Positions 59,502-59,541 of a stretch of DNA of 59,541 bases are shown here, one piece after another. Below the pieces are notes generated by a model, which was given only the letters and a program-made list of their open reading frames with translations, searched no databases and was not told where the DNA came from. This DNA comes from a bacterium (GTDB lineage: Bacteria; Bacillota_I; Bacilli_A; RFN20; CAG-288), in contig CAVJFW010000004.1 in assembly GCA_963648975.1 (NCBI GenBank), positions 1 through 59,541 of the forward strand, read 5' to 3'. Position numbers and translations under genes: made by a program. Each line of letters begins with the position of its first letter. Positions within the stretch are counted from its first letter, which is position 1.

Positions 59502-59541
59502 TTTATTTATCCTCCTAAGCTTGACTTGTAAAGTATATCGA

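Overview
This is a 59.5-kb chromosomal segment from a Firmicute. Gene order is strongly Bacillus-like: yqeG-yqeH-nadD/yqeK-rsfS-mtnN, asp23-nusB-xseA-xseB-dxs-recN-dinB-xerD-deoB, plsY divergent from parE-parC, and yneF-efp-rpmG. Some traits look Mollicutes/Erysipelotrichia-like, such as an oversized PotA and a NadD-YqeK fusion, but the taxon cannot be fixed from sequence alone. I call about 55 protein genes and one tRNA-His. I see no rRNA, CRISPR array, transposase or prophage block. Most of the content is housekeeping. Four parts look accessory or unusual. (1) A five-gene MoxR AAA+ / DUF58 / vWA envelope cluster (221-8631) is led by a very acidic membrane protein. (2) Two paralogous proteins with an N-terminal GGDEF domain bracket the potABCD polyamine transporter (11696-18721), and one has substitutions at the guanine-recognition positions. 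(3) A 412-bp AT-rich spacer between convergent deoB and mtnN (45824-46235) is bounded by 17-nt direct repeats, packed with TAGTA/TACTA iterons and palindromes, and contains a dif-like 28-mer 1.4 kb from xerD. (4) A membrane-anchored collagen-repeat protein (55806-58121) carries an internal duplication. Smaller oddities are an EF-P whose loop-tip residue is Met rather than Lys/Arg, a NadD-like domain with a degenerate HxGH motif fused to YqeK, and a probably leaderless cysteine desulfurase mRNA. All functional calls rest on motif recognition by eye and recalled synteny. No database search was possible.
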